Shown: piece by piece, positions 28,699 through 38,673 of the stretch
How positions within the stretch are numbered: the first letter of the stretch is position 1
Layout of the letters: the number at the start of each line of letters is the position of its first letter
From: a virus
Lineage: Duplodnaviria; Caudoviricetes
Length of the DNA: 56,134 nucleotides
Direction: 5' to 3' (one strand)
IMG/VR virus record: IMGVR_UViG_3300042923_000318
Location: 1 to 56,134 of that record
Made by a program: the position numbers and the translations under genes
Notes under the pieces: model-generated
What the model saw: the letters and a program-made list of their open reading frames with translations, nothing else
The model's database searches: none
Told to the model about the DNA's origin: nothing

Positions 28699-29514
28699 TT
28701 GAGATATATGATTGCACCTTTAGAATTAAATATAGAGGAACTGGAAATATACAGACTTTTATATTTAAAAATGGATTTTGATACCTTTGAAGTAAAATAC
28801 ACTATGGACCAGCTTTCCTCGGATAGTGATTTAAGGTTAAAAATGACTAAAAAGAAAGTTAGTCTGATTATAAAAAAATTTATTGATTCTGGAATGATTT
28901 TAATAATAAAGCCAGGGAGTAAAGGAAATCCAACGGTTTATCAATTAAATAAACTTGAAGAAATTGAGAAACACAAAAGTAACTTAAAAGAAACACAAAA
29001 GGAACGCAAAGGAAACACAAACGAAACGAATAAATCAAGTCAAATCAATGTGTTTGAGGATTTTGAGAAACACAACAGAAACACAACAGAAACACAAAAG
29101 GAACGCAAAGGAAACACAAAAGTTACTCCTATCAATGATAAAGATAAAGAAAATGATAAAGAAAATAAATATATATCTGAACAACAAATATTTGATATGT
29201 GGAATAATTTAAAAGCTGGTATAAATCATAAAGAGATAAAACCTCTTATAGATACAATAAGTAAGTCTATAAAAAAATATAAAACTGAAAATATACTTAC
29301 TGCTATTAAAAGACTATCAATAGCTTATAACGATAAGAGTTTTTATTATGAATACAAATGGAATCTAGGTAATTTTCTAACTCAAAAAAACGGAATAGTT
29401 AATTGGTTAGATGAGGGGCAATACTGGAACTCTTATTTAGATAAAAATCAAGCTAAAGATAAAATTAATGAGCAAGCGGAAGTTAATCCGTGGGGCAATC
29501 TAAAAAAATTCTAA
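28699..29514 (+). CDS. Replication initiator (lambda O-like) with internal iterons
   Basis: N-terminal wHTH-like region, repetitive middle, directly upstream of DnaB. Confidence 0.8.
   Translation: MRYMIAPLELNIEELEIYRLLYLKMDFDTFEVKYTMDQLSSDSDLRLKMTKKKVSLIIKKFIDSGMILIIKPGSKGNPTVYQLNKLEEIEKHKSNLKETQKERKGNTNETNKSSQINVFEDFEKHNRNTTETQKERKGNTKVTPINDKDKENDKENKYISEQQIFDMWNNLKAGINHKEIKPLIDTISKSIKKYKTENILTAIKRLSIAYNDKSFYYEYKWNLGNFLTQKNGIVNWLDEGQYWNSYLDKNQAKDKINEQAEVNPWGNLKKF
28966..29122 (+). repeat. Iteron array / probable lytic origin
   Basis: ~11-bp GAAACACAA units; 33-bp direct repeat at 28989-29021 and 29088-29120. Confidence 0.8.
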
Positions 29515-29538
29515 TTCTAACATCTAGGGGGTGGGTGA

Positions 29539-30861
29539 ATGGAACAGGCAATGCCGTGCGATGTAAATGTCGAAGCAGCTTTATTATCTAACATATTTAT
29601 GAAAAACGATATTATAGCTGATGCAATAAGCGTATTACGGCCAATAGATTTTTACTATAAACCGCATGAAATAATTTATACATATCTTGTAAAGTTGTAT
29701 GCAAAGAATGTGCCACTTGAAATATCAACTTTTGCGAATAGCGTAGGCAAAGATATACTGGGCAGCATAGGAGGAGTGACGTATCTATCAAAGATAATAG
29801 GATCTGAAGCAACGACAGCTAATTATAAAAGCTATATTCAAATGATTAAAACATTTAGTGACAAAAGAGTAATAATAAAGAATTGCAGTGAAGCAATAAG
29901 GCTTGCATATGAAAAAGAAATACCGCCAAAGGAAATTATAGACAAGGTGGAAAATTCTTTTATGAGTTTAAATGAACTCCAGGAAGAAAAGACAGTAAAT
30001 GCGTTTGAACTCATGGAAAGCACTATTAATTTAATTGATGAAAGAATTAAGAAAGGTGGAGCACTTCCGGGAATACCAACTGGGTATAAAAGTTTAGATA
30101 ATGCGACTGGAGGATTTGCAAAACAAGACCTATATATTTTAGCTGCAAGACCCTCAATGGGAAAGACTGCTTTTGTTGTAAATATTTTGAATAATATACC
30201 CAAGCAATATAAATCCATGCTGTGTGAACTAGAAATGAGCAAAGAAAAGCTTGGCGTTAGGTTATTAGCTCCTAAAATGTTTAAAAGTTCACAAGCTTTG
30301 GCAAGAGGGCAATTAAACGACAAAGAATTAACTTTAATGCTAACTAAATCAAGCGAAATTTCTAACAAAAACAATATATTTATTAACTGTAAAAGCGGCT
30401 TAAGCCTTTCTGAAATAAGAGCAGAGGCTAAGAAAATAAAAATAAAATTTGGATTAGATGTATTGTTTGTGGACCATATCGGCTTAATAAGACCCGAAAA
30501 CTTAAAAGCAACCAGAAATGACCAAATAGGTCAAATAAGTGCAGGACTTAAGAAAATGGCTAAAGATTTGGATATAGCAGTTGTAGCGTTAAGTCAATTA
30601 AGTAGAGCATGTGAAGCTAGGGCAAATAAAAGACCGCAATTAAGTGATTTAAGAGAGAGTGGAAATATAGAGCAGGATGCAGATACGGTTTTATTTCTAT
30701 ATCGTGACGATTATTACGCAGAGAGAGAATGTAGGGATAGTGAAAAGGCTGGAATACTTGAGGTAATGGCTGCAAAGAATCGTGATGGAGATATAGGAAT
30801 AATGGAATTAAGTTATAACACTGAATATCAAATTATAACTGAAAAGCCTATGGGAGGTTGA
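29539..30861 (+). CDS. dnaB: Replicative DNA helicase
   Basis: LAARPSMGKT Walker A, VDHI, SQLSR, DLRESGNIEQDAD, KNRDG. Confidence 0.95.
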   Translation: MEQAMPCDVNVEAALLSNIFMKNDIIADAISVLRPIDFYYKPHEIIYTYLVKLYAKNVPLEISTFANSVGKDILGSIGGVTYLSKIIGSEATTANYKSYIQMIKTFSDKRVIIKNCSEAIRLAYEKEIPPKEIIDKVENSFMSLNELQEEKTVNAFELMESTINLIDERIKKGGALPGIPTGYKSLDNATGGFAKQDLYILAARPSMGKTAFVVNILNNIPKQYKSMLCELEMSKEKLGVRLLAPKMFKSSQALARGQLNDKELTLMLTKSSEISNKNNIFINCKSGLSLSEIRAEAKKIKIKFGLDVLFVDHIGLIRPENLKATRNDQIGQISAGLKKMAKDLDIAVVALSQLSRACEARANKRPQLSDLRESGNIEQDADTVLFLYRDDYYAERECRDSEKAGILEVMAAKNRDGDIGIMELSYNTEYQIITEKPMGG

Positions 30862-30998
30862 TTGAATGCATAATAGATGGTCAATTTATGAAATGCTTAA
30901 GGGAAATAAAAGGCTAACAATTACAGAAATAGAAAAAATAAATGCAGAGGAAATAAAGGAGGGCGTTATAGAGTTCATTCTAAGCAAAGAAAAGGAAG

Positions 30999-31250
30999 TT
31001 GAAGCTGATGGAGAATAAAGTTGCTAGGCTGCATCAAGGCAAAAATAAAATAATCATTCTCGAAGGATTTGACTTCATGTGGGATATAAAAAAGATTGAT
31101 GAAGTAATAGAGCTATGGAATAATGGCACACCATTACAAGAAATGGTTTGTAAAGCTAAAAGGAGAGAGGAAGAATTATTCTTGCTACTATTACATCTAT
31201 CTCTGAAAGGAAGGATTAAGAAGAGGGGTAGAGGGATTTGGGGGAATTAA
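30999..31250 (+). CDS. Hypothetical phage protein
   Basis: IILEGFDFMW..ELWNNG..R.EEE..LL pattern common in Firmicute phage replication regions. Confidence 0.6.
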   Translation: MKLMENKVARLHQGKNKIIILEGFDFMWDIKKIDEVIELWNNGTPLQEMVCKAKRREEELFLLLLHLSLKGRIKKRGRGIWGN

Positions 31251-31252
31251 AT

Positions 31253-31280
31253 AAGTCGTAATAGCTAATTATTACGAACT
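31253..31280 (+). repeat. 28-bp cassette-boundary site (AAGTCGTAATA GCTAAT TATTACGAACT), near-perfect dyad
   Basis: TCGTAATA/TATTACGA inverted arms around a 6-bp spacer; immediately upstream of MTase RBS. Confidence 0.7.
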
Positions 31281-31286
31281 AGTGAG

Positions 31287-32195
31287 GTGAAGCCAATGAT
31301 ACAAATATTGGAGTTATTTGGGGGCATAGGAAGTCCACGAAAAGCCTTAATAAACTTAGGAGTACCAGTCAAGGCAATTGACTATGTTGAGATAGATGAA
31401 AAGGCTGTAAGAAGCTATAATGCAATATTTAAAAAGGAACTAGAACATAAAACTCAATCAGTAGTAGGGTGGAATCTTAAGCCGGACATTCTAATTCATG
31501 GCTCGCCTTGTCAAGATTTTAGTATAGCAGGACACCAAAAGGGAGCAGATGAGGGCAGTGAAACTAGGTCAAGCCTTATGTGGGAAACTTTAAATATCAT
31601 TAAACAGATGGGAGTATGGAAACCAAGGATTGTTATATGGGAGAATGTTAAGAATGTTTTATCAAGGCACATGATCCATAACTTTAGTAAGTACCAAGAA
31701 GAAATGCAGAAGATGGGATATACAAGTAATTATGAAGTTCTTAACGCTATGGATTTTGGACTTCCACAAAATAGGGATAGAGTATTTACTATATCATGCT
31801 TAGATGGCTCATTCTTTAACTTTCAGACATTAGAAAAGAAGCCTATGAGAAATATTAGAGAGTTTTTAGAGACTAATGTTTCTGATGAATTTATGGTTAC
31901 GCAGCCAAGCATATTAAGTGTAATAGGCAAAAAAGGAATTAAGCGAGCAACTGTGATTGAAAATTATTGCTATACAATTACAGAAAGGCAAGACAGATGC
32001 CCAGCTCAGGTAATAGACTTAGGTAATGGTAAGTATAGATTTCTGACAGATAAAGAATGTTGGTTGCTACAAGGATATTCAGAAGAAGACTATTATAATG
32101 CTGCAAAAGTCAATACAAGGAGAGCTTTGTATAAACAATCTGGTAACTCAATTCCTGTAACAATTTTTGAAAGTATATTTAAGCAACTGATTTAA
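31287..32195 (+). CDS. DNA (cytosine-5) methyltransferase, orphan
   Basis: LELFGGIG, GSPCQDFS, WENV, PQNRDR and QSGNSI motifs. Confidence 0.95.
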   Translation: MKPMIQILELFGGIGSPRKALINLGVPVKAIDYVEIDEKAVRSYNAIFKKELEHKTQSVVGWNLKPDILIHGSPCQDFSIAGHQKGADEGSETRSSLMWETLNIIKQMGVWKPRIVIWENVKNVLSRHMIHNFSKYQEEMQKMGYTSNYEVLNAMDFGLPQNRDRVFTISCLDGSFFNFQTLEKKPMRNIREFLETNVSDEFMVTQPSILSVIGKKGIKRATVIENYCYTITERQDRCPAQVIDLGNGKYRFLTDKECWLLQGYSEEDYYNAAKVNTRRALYKQSGNSIPVTIFESIFKQLI

Positions 32196-32221
32196 GACAG
32201 AATATGAAATAAATATGAAAT
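32194..32221 (+). repeat. 28-bp cassette-boundary site (AAGACAGAATA TGAAAT AAATATGAAAT)
   Basis: Begins at the 2nd base of the MTase TAA stop. Confidence 0.55.
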
Positions 32222-32237
32222 ATATCGGAGGTGCGAA

Positions 32238-32762
32238 ATGATATTAAAAGAATTATTCAATACTCAAAAGAAGCTGGATGAAACAATAATTAAAAATCAC
32301 AACTTAGAAGGAAAAGACTTATTCAGTAAAAAAATAGTTGCTTTTGTGGTGGAAATGAGCGAGCTTGCAAATGAAATTAGGTTCATGAAATACTGGTCCA
32401 ACAAGGAGAAATCTTCACAGGAGGTTATTCTTGAGGAGTATGTAGATGCTTTCCATTTTCTCTTAAGTATTGGAAATGAAATAAGCTGCATTTACAAGCT
32501 AGATAAAACTATAGAAAACTTTGACTATCAAATGTATTTAAATTACTCGGACTTTACTGACAACTTTATTGAGATTATTAGAGAGATTTGCAAGTTAGAA
32601 TATTACTTGGATTGCAAAATGATGTCACTGCAACTATACATCGAGATTATGAACATGTTCCTCGGCTGGGGCAATAAACTAGGCTTTGGATTTAAAGAAA
32701 TAGAAACAGGATACTACAAGAAAAATGAGATTAATTTTAAAAGACAGGAAAGTAATTATTAA
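32238..32762 (+). CDS. Dimeric all-alpha dUTPase
   Basis: VEMSELANE..KYWS..LEEYVDAFHFLLS..Y.KKNEIN.KRQ. Confidence 0.9.
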   Translation: MILKELFNTQKKLDETIIKNHNLEGKDLFSKKIVAFVVEMSELANEIRFMKYWSNKEKSSQEVILEEYVDAFHFLLSIGNEISCIYKLDKTIENFDYQMYLNYSDFTDNFIEIIREICKLEYYLDCKMMSLQLYIEIMNMFLGWGNKLGFGFKEIETGYYKKNEINFKRQESNY

Positions 32763-32799
32763 TATATCTGTGTTCGATATGACTTAACTAGGAGGGGAA

Positions 32800-33267
32800 A
32801 TGAACGAAGGTAAATTATTTGAAAAAGATTTTATTGACAGCGTGCCAGAACAATATTTTAAATATAGGCTTAGAGATAGCGCAGGGACGTGGCAAGGTGG
32901 AGAAAATACAAGATTTACTCCAAGTAATATATGTGATTTTATAATTTATACTGGCAAATTGTTTTTATTAGAACTAAAAAGCCACAAAGGGAAGTCAATC
33001 CCACTAAGTTGCATAAGAGAAAATCAATTAAATGGGTTACTAGAAGCTTATAAAAAAGGAACGCACGCAGGCTTTATATTTAACTTTAGAGATATTAACG
33101 AAACTTATTACTTGACAGCAAATAGCCTAAACAGTTTTATGGTAACCAATAACAGAAAATCAATACCATTAAGTTATTTAAAAGAATCTGGCACACTTAT
33201 ACCGCAAAAAATGAAAGGAAGGAGTAAAATACATCAAATCTACGATTTGACAGTATTAATTAATTAA
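32800..33267 (+). CDS. recU: RecU-like Holliday junction resolvase
   Basis: GKLFE.DF..CDF..ELKS..I.ENQ. Confidence 0.8.
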   Translation: MNEGKLFEKDFIDSVPEQYFKYRLRDSAGTWQGGENTRFTPSNICDFIIYTGKLFLLELKSHKGKSIPLSCIRENQLNGLLEAYKKGTHAGFIFNFRDINETYYLTANSLNSFMVTNNRKSIPLSYLKESGTLIPQKMKGRSKIHQIYDLTVLIN

Positions 33268-33283
33268 TAAAGAAGGTGAAGAA

Positions 33284-33772
33284 ATGAGCAATATAAACTC
33301 AATTTTAAGCAATTTAAGTTTTACCGACAGAATGATTTTGAATCAATATGTCAAGCAAGAATCTTTTAAAGAAATTACAAAAGCAACAAACTTGTTCCAT
33401 GAAGCGGCGCAAGAAAGAGAGCAAATTATACTGAAACAAAATGAAAAAGTTTGGGAAATCATAGAGGGAAATTTAATGCTTGCAATGAGGGAAAACAAGA
33501 TAAGTGAGGAGAGAATCGATAAGATACTAAAGAGAATGTTGGAGCTCACACGGTTAAATGAAAACACTAAGCTTTCAGCACTTAAAGAACAACCCTCAAG
33601 AGATTTTGAGATACTAAGTAAAGATGAATACAGAGACTTGATTGAGGAACTTCTAGAAGGACACTGCAAAGGGTGCATGAAGCATGATAAACACTGCAAT
33701 GTTTACAAGCTTATGAAAAAACACAGCATCCCAGGCAGTAGTCATAAAAATAAATGTAAATACAGTTATTAA
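33284..33772 (+). CDS. Hypothetical protein with C-terminal Cys cluster (DUF5651-like)
   Basis: HCKGC....HC..C.YSY. Confidence 0.55.
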   Translation: MSNINSILSNLSFTDRMILNQYVKQESFKEITKATNLFHEAAQEREQIILKQNEKVWEIIEGNLMLAMRENKISEERIDKILKRMLELTRLNENTKLSALKEQPSRDFEILSKDEYRDLIEELLEGHCKGCMKHDKHCNVYKLMKKHSIPGSSHKNKCKYSY

Positions 33773-33799
33773 TTATAACAAATAAAAGGAGAGATTGGA

Positions 33800-34042
33800 A
33801 TGATTAAAAATATAAAACCTATAAATAAATTAAATGTTGAGTATGAATCTGGCGCGGAAGTTATTTTTGGAATAGGATCAAAAATTAGAGTTAATTTGAA
33901 TAATGGAGAAATCTTAATAGGAGAACTTTGTTGGACTGACGAAACAGCCTTTTTTATAAAAAGAGGCGAAAGGGAAATCGAAACTGAAATTGACTTTAAA
34001 GATGTTTGCGACATAGATAGTTTGGAAAATTTTTATAGTTAA
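33800..34042 (+). CDS. Hypothetical protein
   Basis: AAGGAG RBS. Confidence 0.55.
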   Translation: MIKNIKPINKLNVEYESGAEVIFGIGSKIRVNLNNGEILIGELCWTDETAFFIKRGEREIETEIDFKDVCDIDSLENFYS

Positions 34043-34070
34043 ATAATTAAATATTGTAAATATAAAGGAG

Positions 34071-34301
34071 TTGAATATTATGTCAAAATTTATGCCAACC
34101 AATTATGAAATGGACGTTACTAACGAATTAGAAGTTATATTTACAAACGAAGAAGAAATAAAAACACCAGAAGAACTTTTGATTGATACTATACAAGCTA
34201 GTTTTAACATGGGTTATGAGCAAGCTAAAGAATACAATAAATACTTGAGAGGTTTGGCTATAGAGGAATTTAATAGGGGTTACGGGAGGCTTGCAAAATG
34301 A
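34071..34301 (+). CDS. Hypothetical protein
   Basis: AAGGAG RBS. Confidence 0.5.
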   Translation: MNIMSKFMPTNYEMDVTNELEVIFTNEEEIKTPEELLIDTIQASFNMGYEQAKEYNKYLRGLAIEEFNRGYGRLAK

Positions 34302-34483
34302 AAGATAAAACAGCTGTAGTAATTGGAATAGTTGGAGTTTGGACAATGGCAGCTATAAGTGGTTTAAGCGGTGCTGTAGCAGTCGCAGGAGTGGCAACAG
34401 TAGTATTGCTATCTAAGAAAAATAAAGCGTACGTAGAGCTTAAGAAAGCTGATAAAGAGGTAACGCTGGGGAAGTTTAAGTAG
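34298..34483 (+). CDS. Small membrane protein
   Basis: Two hydrophobic segments; GGGAGG RBS. Confidence 0.55.
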   Translation: MKDKTAVVIGIVGVWTMAAISGLSGAVAVAGVATVVLLSKKNKAYVELKKADKEVTLGKFK

Positions 34484-34779
34484 GTGATAAAATGAATAAA
34501 TATTATTATGCAGTAACACCACAATACGAAATATTTACTTTTAGCGGTAACTGTGAGGAAGTTATAAAAGGTTATATAGAACACGTAAAAAGTTTTGGTT
34601 GCAGGATAGAAGAAATTAGTAAGTACAAATATAAAAAGATGTTGGAGGAGGGATAAAATTGGAACTTTCTATATCTGAACAAAGAGAAGAAGCAATTAAT
34701 CAGATAGCGGAAGAAAAGAAGATAAAATTAGAACAGGCGGCAGAGATTTTTAAGCAGCAGGAGAGGGAGAAATTTTGGA

Positions 34780-35247
34780 ATGATGAATATGAGAAGGAGT
34801 GGAATTGATGTGGCTATAAACATGATGTGTATGAATAGCAGATGTAAATATTACTGGGAAGATAATTGCACTAGGAATATAAACGAAGAAAGAATTGAAA
34901 TTGATGAAAATGGGAAATGTGAAACTTTTGAGTTAGGAGAAAGCGAGTGGTATATTGATTCTGTTTATGGAGAAATTGATCCGTTTGCAATATATCCATT
35001 TAAACTTTACGGCTCTGTTTTAATTTTAGACAATAAAATACAAGACAGCAAACTTTCAACTGAAAAAGCTGAAAAAATAGAAGATTTTCATACAATATGG
35101 CAAAAAGAAAGAATTCAAGATTATCAAATAGAAAGTTTTGAATTTGAATGCATAAACGAAGATGCTATTCAAAAATTTAAAATTGAATTAGCAAAATGGA
35201 TAAGCAAATGGAAGTACGCAGAAAATTACAGAAGTATGAAAGCATAA
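34780..35247 (+). CDS. Hypothetical protein with N-terminal Cys cluster (likely start GTG ~34809)
   Basis: C...C....C..IEIDENGKC. Confidence 0.55.
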   Translation: MMNMRRSGIDVAINMMCMNSRCKYYWEDNCTRNINEERIEIDENGKCETFELGESEWYIDSVYGEIDPFAIYPFKLYGSVLILDNKIQDSKLSTEKAEKIEDFHTIWQKERIQDYQIESFEFECINEDAIQKFKIELAKWISKWKYAENYRSMKA

Positions 35248-35334
35248 TAAATTATGCTCACCTGTTCGATATAGGTGAGCGTTTTGTGTTATAATTAAGT
35301 ATGTAATATAGTACAAATTTTCGGAGGTGGTATT

Positions 35335-35754
35335 ATGGAAGGTGTTTATATTTCTGCAGAATATAAAGAATTAGCCTTTAAGATAATACAAAGATTTAGC
35401 GAAGAATTAGGGCATATTGAATTAGATAACGTTATTTTTATAGAGGATATTATTAATGCTCCTAAAAATACAGCAGCTAGAACTTATTATTTTGGTTGTC
35501 ATCCTATAGAAGCATTTACCGATGCTAAATACGCAATAGTAATGTATAAAAACAATATAGAATATATGTCAGAGAATCAAATAAAAATTGTGCTTTATCA
35601 TGAGTTATTGCATATACCTTCAAAGGGCGAAAAAGCTACACTTATTCCTCACGACATAATGGATTTTCATAAAGTATTGTCAAAATTTGGAATTGATTGG
35701 AATGACGAAAATAAAAAAGTAATAGATATACTTGGAGGTGAAAACAATGACTGA
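35335..35754 (+). CDS. Putative phage metallopeptidase
   Basis: YHELLHI zincin motif and PHDI.DF; upstream of terminase. Confidence 0.75.
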   Translation: MEGVYISAEYKELAFKIIQRFSEELGHIELDNVIFIEDIINAPKNTAARTYYFGCHPIEAFTDAKYAIVMYKNNIEYMSENQIKIVLYHELLHIPSKGEKATLIPHDIMDFHKVLSKFGIDWNDENKKVIDILGGENND

Positions 35755-36190
35755 AAGCGACGTACAAAAAGTAACGTATGAGCAATATGACAACCTTACA
35801 AACGAAAGAATGAAGCTGCTTGAGGTTATTAGTAATCCAGAACATAGATTTAAAAGCATTACTGACATTTGTAAAATAGCAGGAGTGCAAAGAATAACTT
35901 ATTACAGGGCAATGAAAGACCAGAATTTTGTAACAGCAATAAAAAGAAAGAAAGAGGAACTATTGAACGGAGCTATATTACCAGTAATAAACACATTTAT
36001 TAAAGAGGCTATCAGAGGCAGTTATAAGCATGGAGAGGCATTACTGAAAATGTCTGGTGATTTAATAGAGAAACAAGAAATTAAAGGAGAATTTAAAACA
36101 GAAGTTAATTCTACGATAGACATGAGTAAATTATCAGCGGAGGAGTTGAAACAACTTGAATCCATTGTCGCTAAATCTTCCGAGTCTTAA
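35747..36190 (+). CDS. terS: Terminase small subunit (HTH)
   Basis: SITDICKIAGVQRITYY HTH; DMSKLSAEEL; overlaps TerL start. Confidence 0.75.
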   Translation: MTESDVQKVTYEQYDNLTNERMKLLEVISNPEHRFKSITDICKIAGVQRITYYRAMKDQNFVTAIKRKKEELLNGAILPVINTFIKEAIRGSYKHGEALLKMSGDLIEKQEIKGEFKTEVNSTIDMSKLSAEELKQLESIVAKSSES

Positions 36191-37661
36191 GGAGATAAGA
36201 AAGGAATTAGATACTAGATGCTTAAATGAGTTTTGTAAAGATGCGTGGGGGATTGTGGAGCCTGCCACGCCTTTAGTCTATAATTGGCACATAGATGCGA
36301 TATGCGAATATCTTCAAGCTGTAAAAGAAGGGCAAATCAAAAGGTTATTAATTAATATGCCTCCACGTATGATGAAGTCTATGCTAGTAACTATAATGTA
36401 TCCTACATGGTGTTGGACTACAGCACCACATCTAAAGTTTATAAATCTATCTTATTCAGATACGCTATCTAAAGGGCATAATATGAAGCGTAGAGACATA
36501 ATACAAGACACATGGTATCAAAATAACTGGAAAGATGTATTTCAGCTTAAGGACGATTTAAACACTCAAAGAAAGTTTGAAAATAATCACTATGGTTCAA
36601 TGTTTTCGACTTCTATTGGTGGTACTCTTACTGGTGAAGGTGCCGACGTTATAGTTGTCGATGATCCCCACAACCCAAAGCAAGCTGAATCTGATACCCA
36701 AAGAGAAGATGCTGTAGAGTTTTTTAGGACCACTTTACAAACTCGTTTAAATAATCCCAAAGAGGGTGCAATCATTGTTGTAATGCAAAGACTTCACGAA
36801 ATGGACGTAAGTGGTCATATCCTCCAGTATGAAAGCGGATATGAGCATTTGTGTTTACCTATGGTAGCAGAAGAAAAAATGATTATACAAATGCCTATAA
36901 GCGGTTTGGAACGGATTAGAGAAAAAGGCGATATTCTTCACAAGGAAAGATATGGACAGGACGAAATAGAAAAGCTAAGAAGTTCCATGGGTTCCTATGG
37001 ATTTAGTGGACAAATGCAGCAGAACCCAGTTCCATCCGGCGGTGGAATGTTTAAAAAGTGGTGGTGGAAATACTGGAAACCCAAAGGAATAAACTTGCCT
37101 CCAGTAAGCATTAAAAATCAAATAGGCGAAATAGAATACATTCACGCCGTAGACATTCCCGACAGTTTCGAGGAAGTTGCTCAAAGTTGGGATATGAACT
37201 TTAAAAACAATAAAGATAATGATTATGTTGCTGGAGGCGTTTGGGCAAAGAAAGGAGCTGACAGGTATTTTCTAGATTTGAACATGAAGCAAGCTGAATT
37301 TACAGAAGCTTTAAATATGGTTAGAAAGCTAACCGATGCATACCCAAAAGCAACTAGAAAGCTTGTGGAGGACAAAGCAAATGGTCCGGCAGTAATAAGC
37401 AGCTTGAAACATGAAATAAGCGGATTAATAGAGTATAATCCTGGCAGTGATAGCAAGGAATCTAGAGCTTTTGCGGTTACACCAATGGTAGAATCGGGAA
37501 ATGTTTATATTCCTCACCCTGCATTGTTTACATGGGTGGATAAATTCATAAACAATTGTGCTAAATTTCCAAAGTGCGAGCATGATGATGATATAGATCA
37601 AATGTCTCAAATGCTTAATTATTGGAATGTTAAAAAACAATTCAGAGTAACAAGAGTATAA
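36156..37661 (+). CDS. terL: Terminase large subunit
   Basis: INMPPRMMKS, VVDDPH, MQRLHE.D, SWD, VEDKANG, HDDDID motifs. Confidence 0.95.
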   Translation: MNPLSLNLPSLKEIRKELDTRCLNEFCKDAWGIVEPATPLVYNWHIDAICEYLQAVKEGQIKRLLINMPPRMMKSMLVTIMYPTWCWTTAPHLKFINLSYSDTLSKGHNMKRRDIIQDTWYQNNWKDVFQLKDDLNTQRKFENNHYGSMFSTSIGGTLTGEGADVIVVDDPHNPKQAESDTQREDAVEFFRTTLQTRLNNPKEGAIIVVMQRLHEMDVSGHILQYESGYEHLCLPMVAEEKMIIQMPISGLERIREKGDILHKERYGQDEIEKLRSSMGSYGFSGQMQQNPVPSGGGMFKKWWWKYWKPKGINLPPVSIKNQIGEIEYIHAVDIPDSFEEVAQSWDMNFKNNKDNDYVAGGVWAKKGADRYFLDLNMKQAEFTEALNMVRKLTDAYPKATRKLVEDKANGPAVISSLKHEISGLIEYNPGSDSKESRAFAVTPMVESGNVYIPHPALFTWVDKFINNCAKFPKCEHDDDIDQMSQMLNYWNVKKQFRVTRV

Positions 37662-37779
37662 AAAAGAACCCTTATTGGAGTAAGAGTTCTTTTTCCCTTT
37701 CTGAAAGCACTCGCTATGCTTTTAATGTGCTCGTAACACATCAAGAAAGGATTTGATACTATGATTATGAAACATTAAC
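37661..37779 (-). ncRNA. Candidate three-way-junction sRNA with twin heptaloops
   Basis: Minus-strand TTTACA-17 bp-TATAAT with TG extension (37814-37786); three perfect stems at 37696-37750; bidirectional terminator at 37661-37694. Confidence 0.65.
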
Positions 37780-37947
37780 AACATTATTATAACATAAGGT
37801 GGCTAAAATGTAAATATGTACTTAAAAGTGTCGCAGCTCAAACGAACTGCACTAAATCCATCTTTAACGAAATGTGATTAAGTAAAATCGTACAAAAACA
37901 ATAAATTAATTATTGACAAGTACGCTATAAGATAATATAATTAAATT

Positions 37948-38110
37948 GTAAATCATCATCACCCGAAAAACTGATTATAAAACCGACCTTTATAATCACA
38001 GAGATTTGTGCAGTTGCACTGTGAAAAGTAACTGCATACGACAGGAATCAAAATCTCATATTTCATTCTCCTTTCCTTTCAATACCCTCGGTTAATTCCG
38101 GGGGTTTAAA
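37948..38110 (+). ncRNA. Candidate structured sRNA/leader with CU-rich anti-SD tract
   Basis: Consensus TTGACA(37913)-17 bp-TATAAT(37936); three stems, TTCTCCTTTCCTTTC, terminal GC hairpin. Confidence 0.55.
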
Positions 38111-38143
38111 TATAACCCAAATAATTGGAGGCGATTTTTAAAT

Positions 38144-38485
38144 ATGAAAAAATTATCAGATACCACAATTCAAATACTGCTACATGCTTATGTTAAAAAG
38201 GTTGCTAGAATTAAGGCATTAGAAAGCGAAATTACTAACTTAAGAGAAGCAATTGCTGAAAGTGCAGAAGAGATAGTTAAAATAGATGCAGAAATAGATA
38301 ACTTGAAGAATGATTTTGATATCGACATATTAGAGCTTGCTAAACAAAATAAAGGTAATGAGTTCTTTAAAAGTATTTTAAAGGTGCATAATTTAAAACT
38401 GGAAGATGATTTTAAAATAAAGACAATTGAAGAAGTTTCGTCTGAATTGATTGAGGAAGGTTTTAAGAATTTTAAATGTATGTAA
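38144..38485 (+). CDS. Coiled-coil hypothetical protein
   Basis: GGAGG RBS; heptad pattern. Confidence 0.6.
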   Translation: MKKLSDTTIQILLHAYVKKVARIKALESEITNLREAIAESAEEIVKIDAEIDNLKNDFDIDILELAKQNKGNEFFKSILKVHNLKLEDDFKIKTIEEVSSELIEEGFKNFKCM

Positions 38486-38490
38486 AATTT

Positions 38491-38565
38491 AGAATAGAGG
38501 GCGGAACAGGTAGCCGCCACCCAGTGAAAACTGTAGGAGATGTAGATTACCACCTACCTATTCTA
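38491..38565 (+). ncRNA. tRNA-like (degenerate cloverleaf) element
   Basis: 7-bp AGAATAG/CTATTCT acceptor-like stem, class-II-type D arm GCGGAACAGGTAGCCGC, GTAG..CTAC T-like arm lacking TTCRA. Confidence 0.35.
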
Positions 38566-38673
38566 AAAGCAAATAATATTTGGTGCATATGTGAAGCTAT
38601 GCATTCCGACTTTGCGGACAATAAAATCAAAGATCATACTTGCATATAAGCTTAATATGCCGCTTCAAAATAT

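Noticed and set aside
28966-29122. Repeats as a CRISPR array
   Set aside because: Short in-frame units without unique spacers inside an initiator gene; typical iterons; no cas genes
31253-31280. 28-bp sites as canonical chromosomal dif or LexA boxes
   Set aside because: Geometry resembles dif but the XerD arm TTATGTTAAAT/TTATGTAAACT is absent; GTTCG/CGAAC are in the wrong order and spacing for GAAC-N4-GTTC
38491-38565. Functional tRNA gene
   Set aside because: No TTCRA T-loop, irregular anticodon arm, no CCA; kept only as tRNA-like
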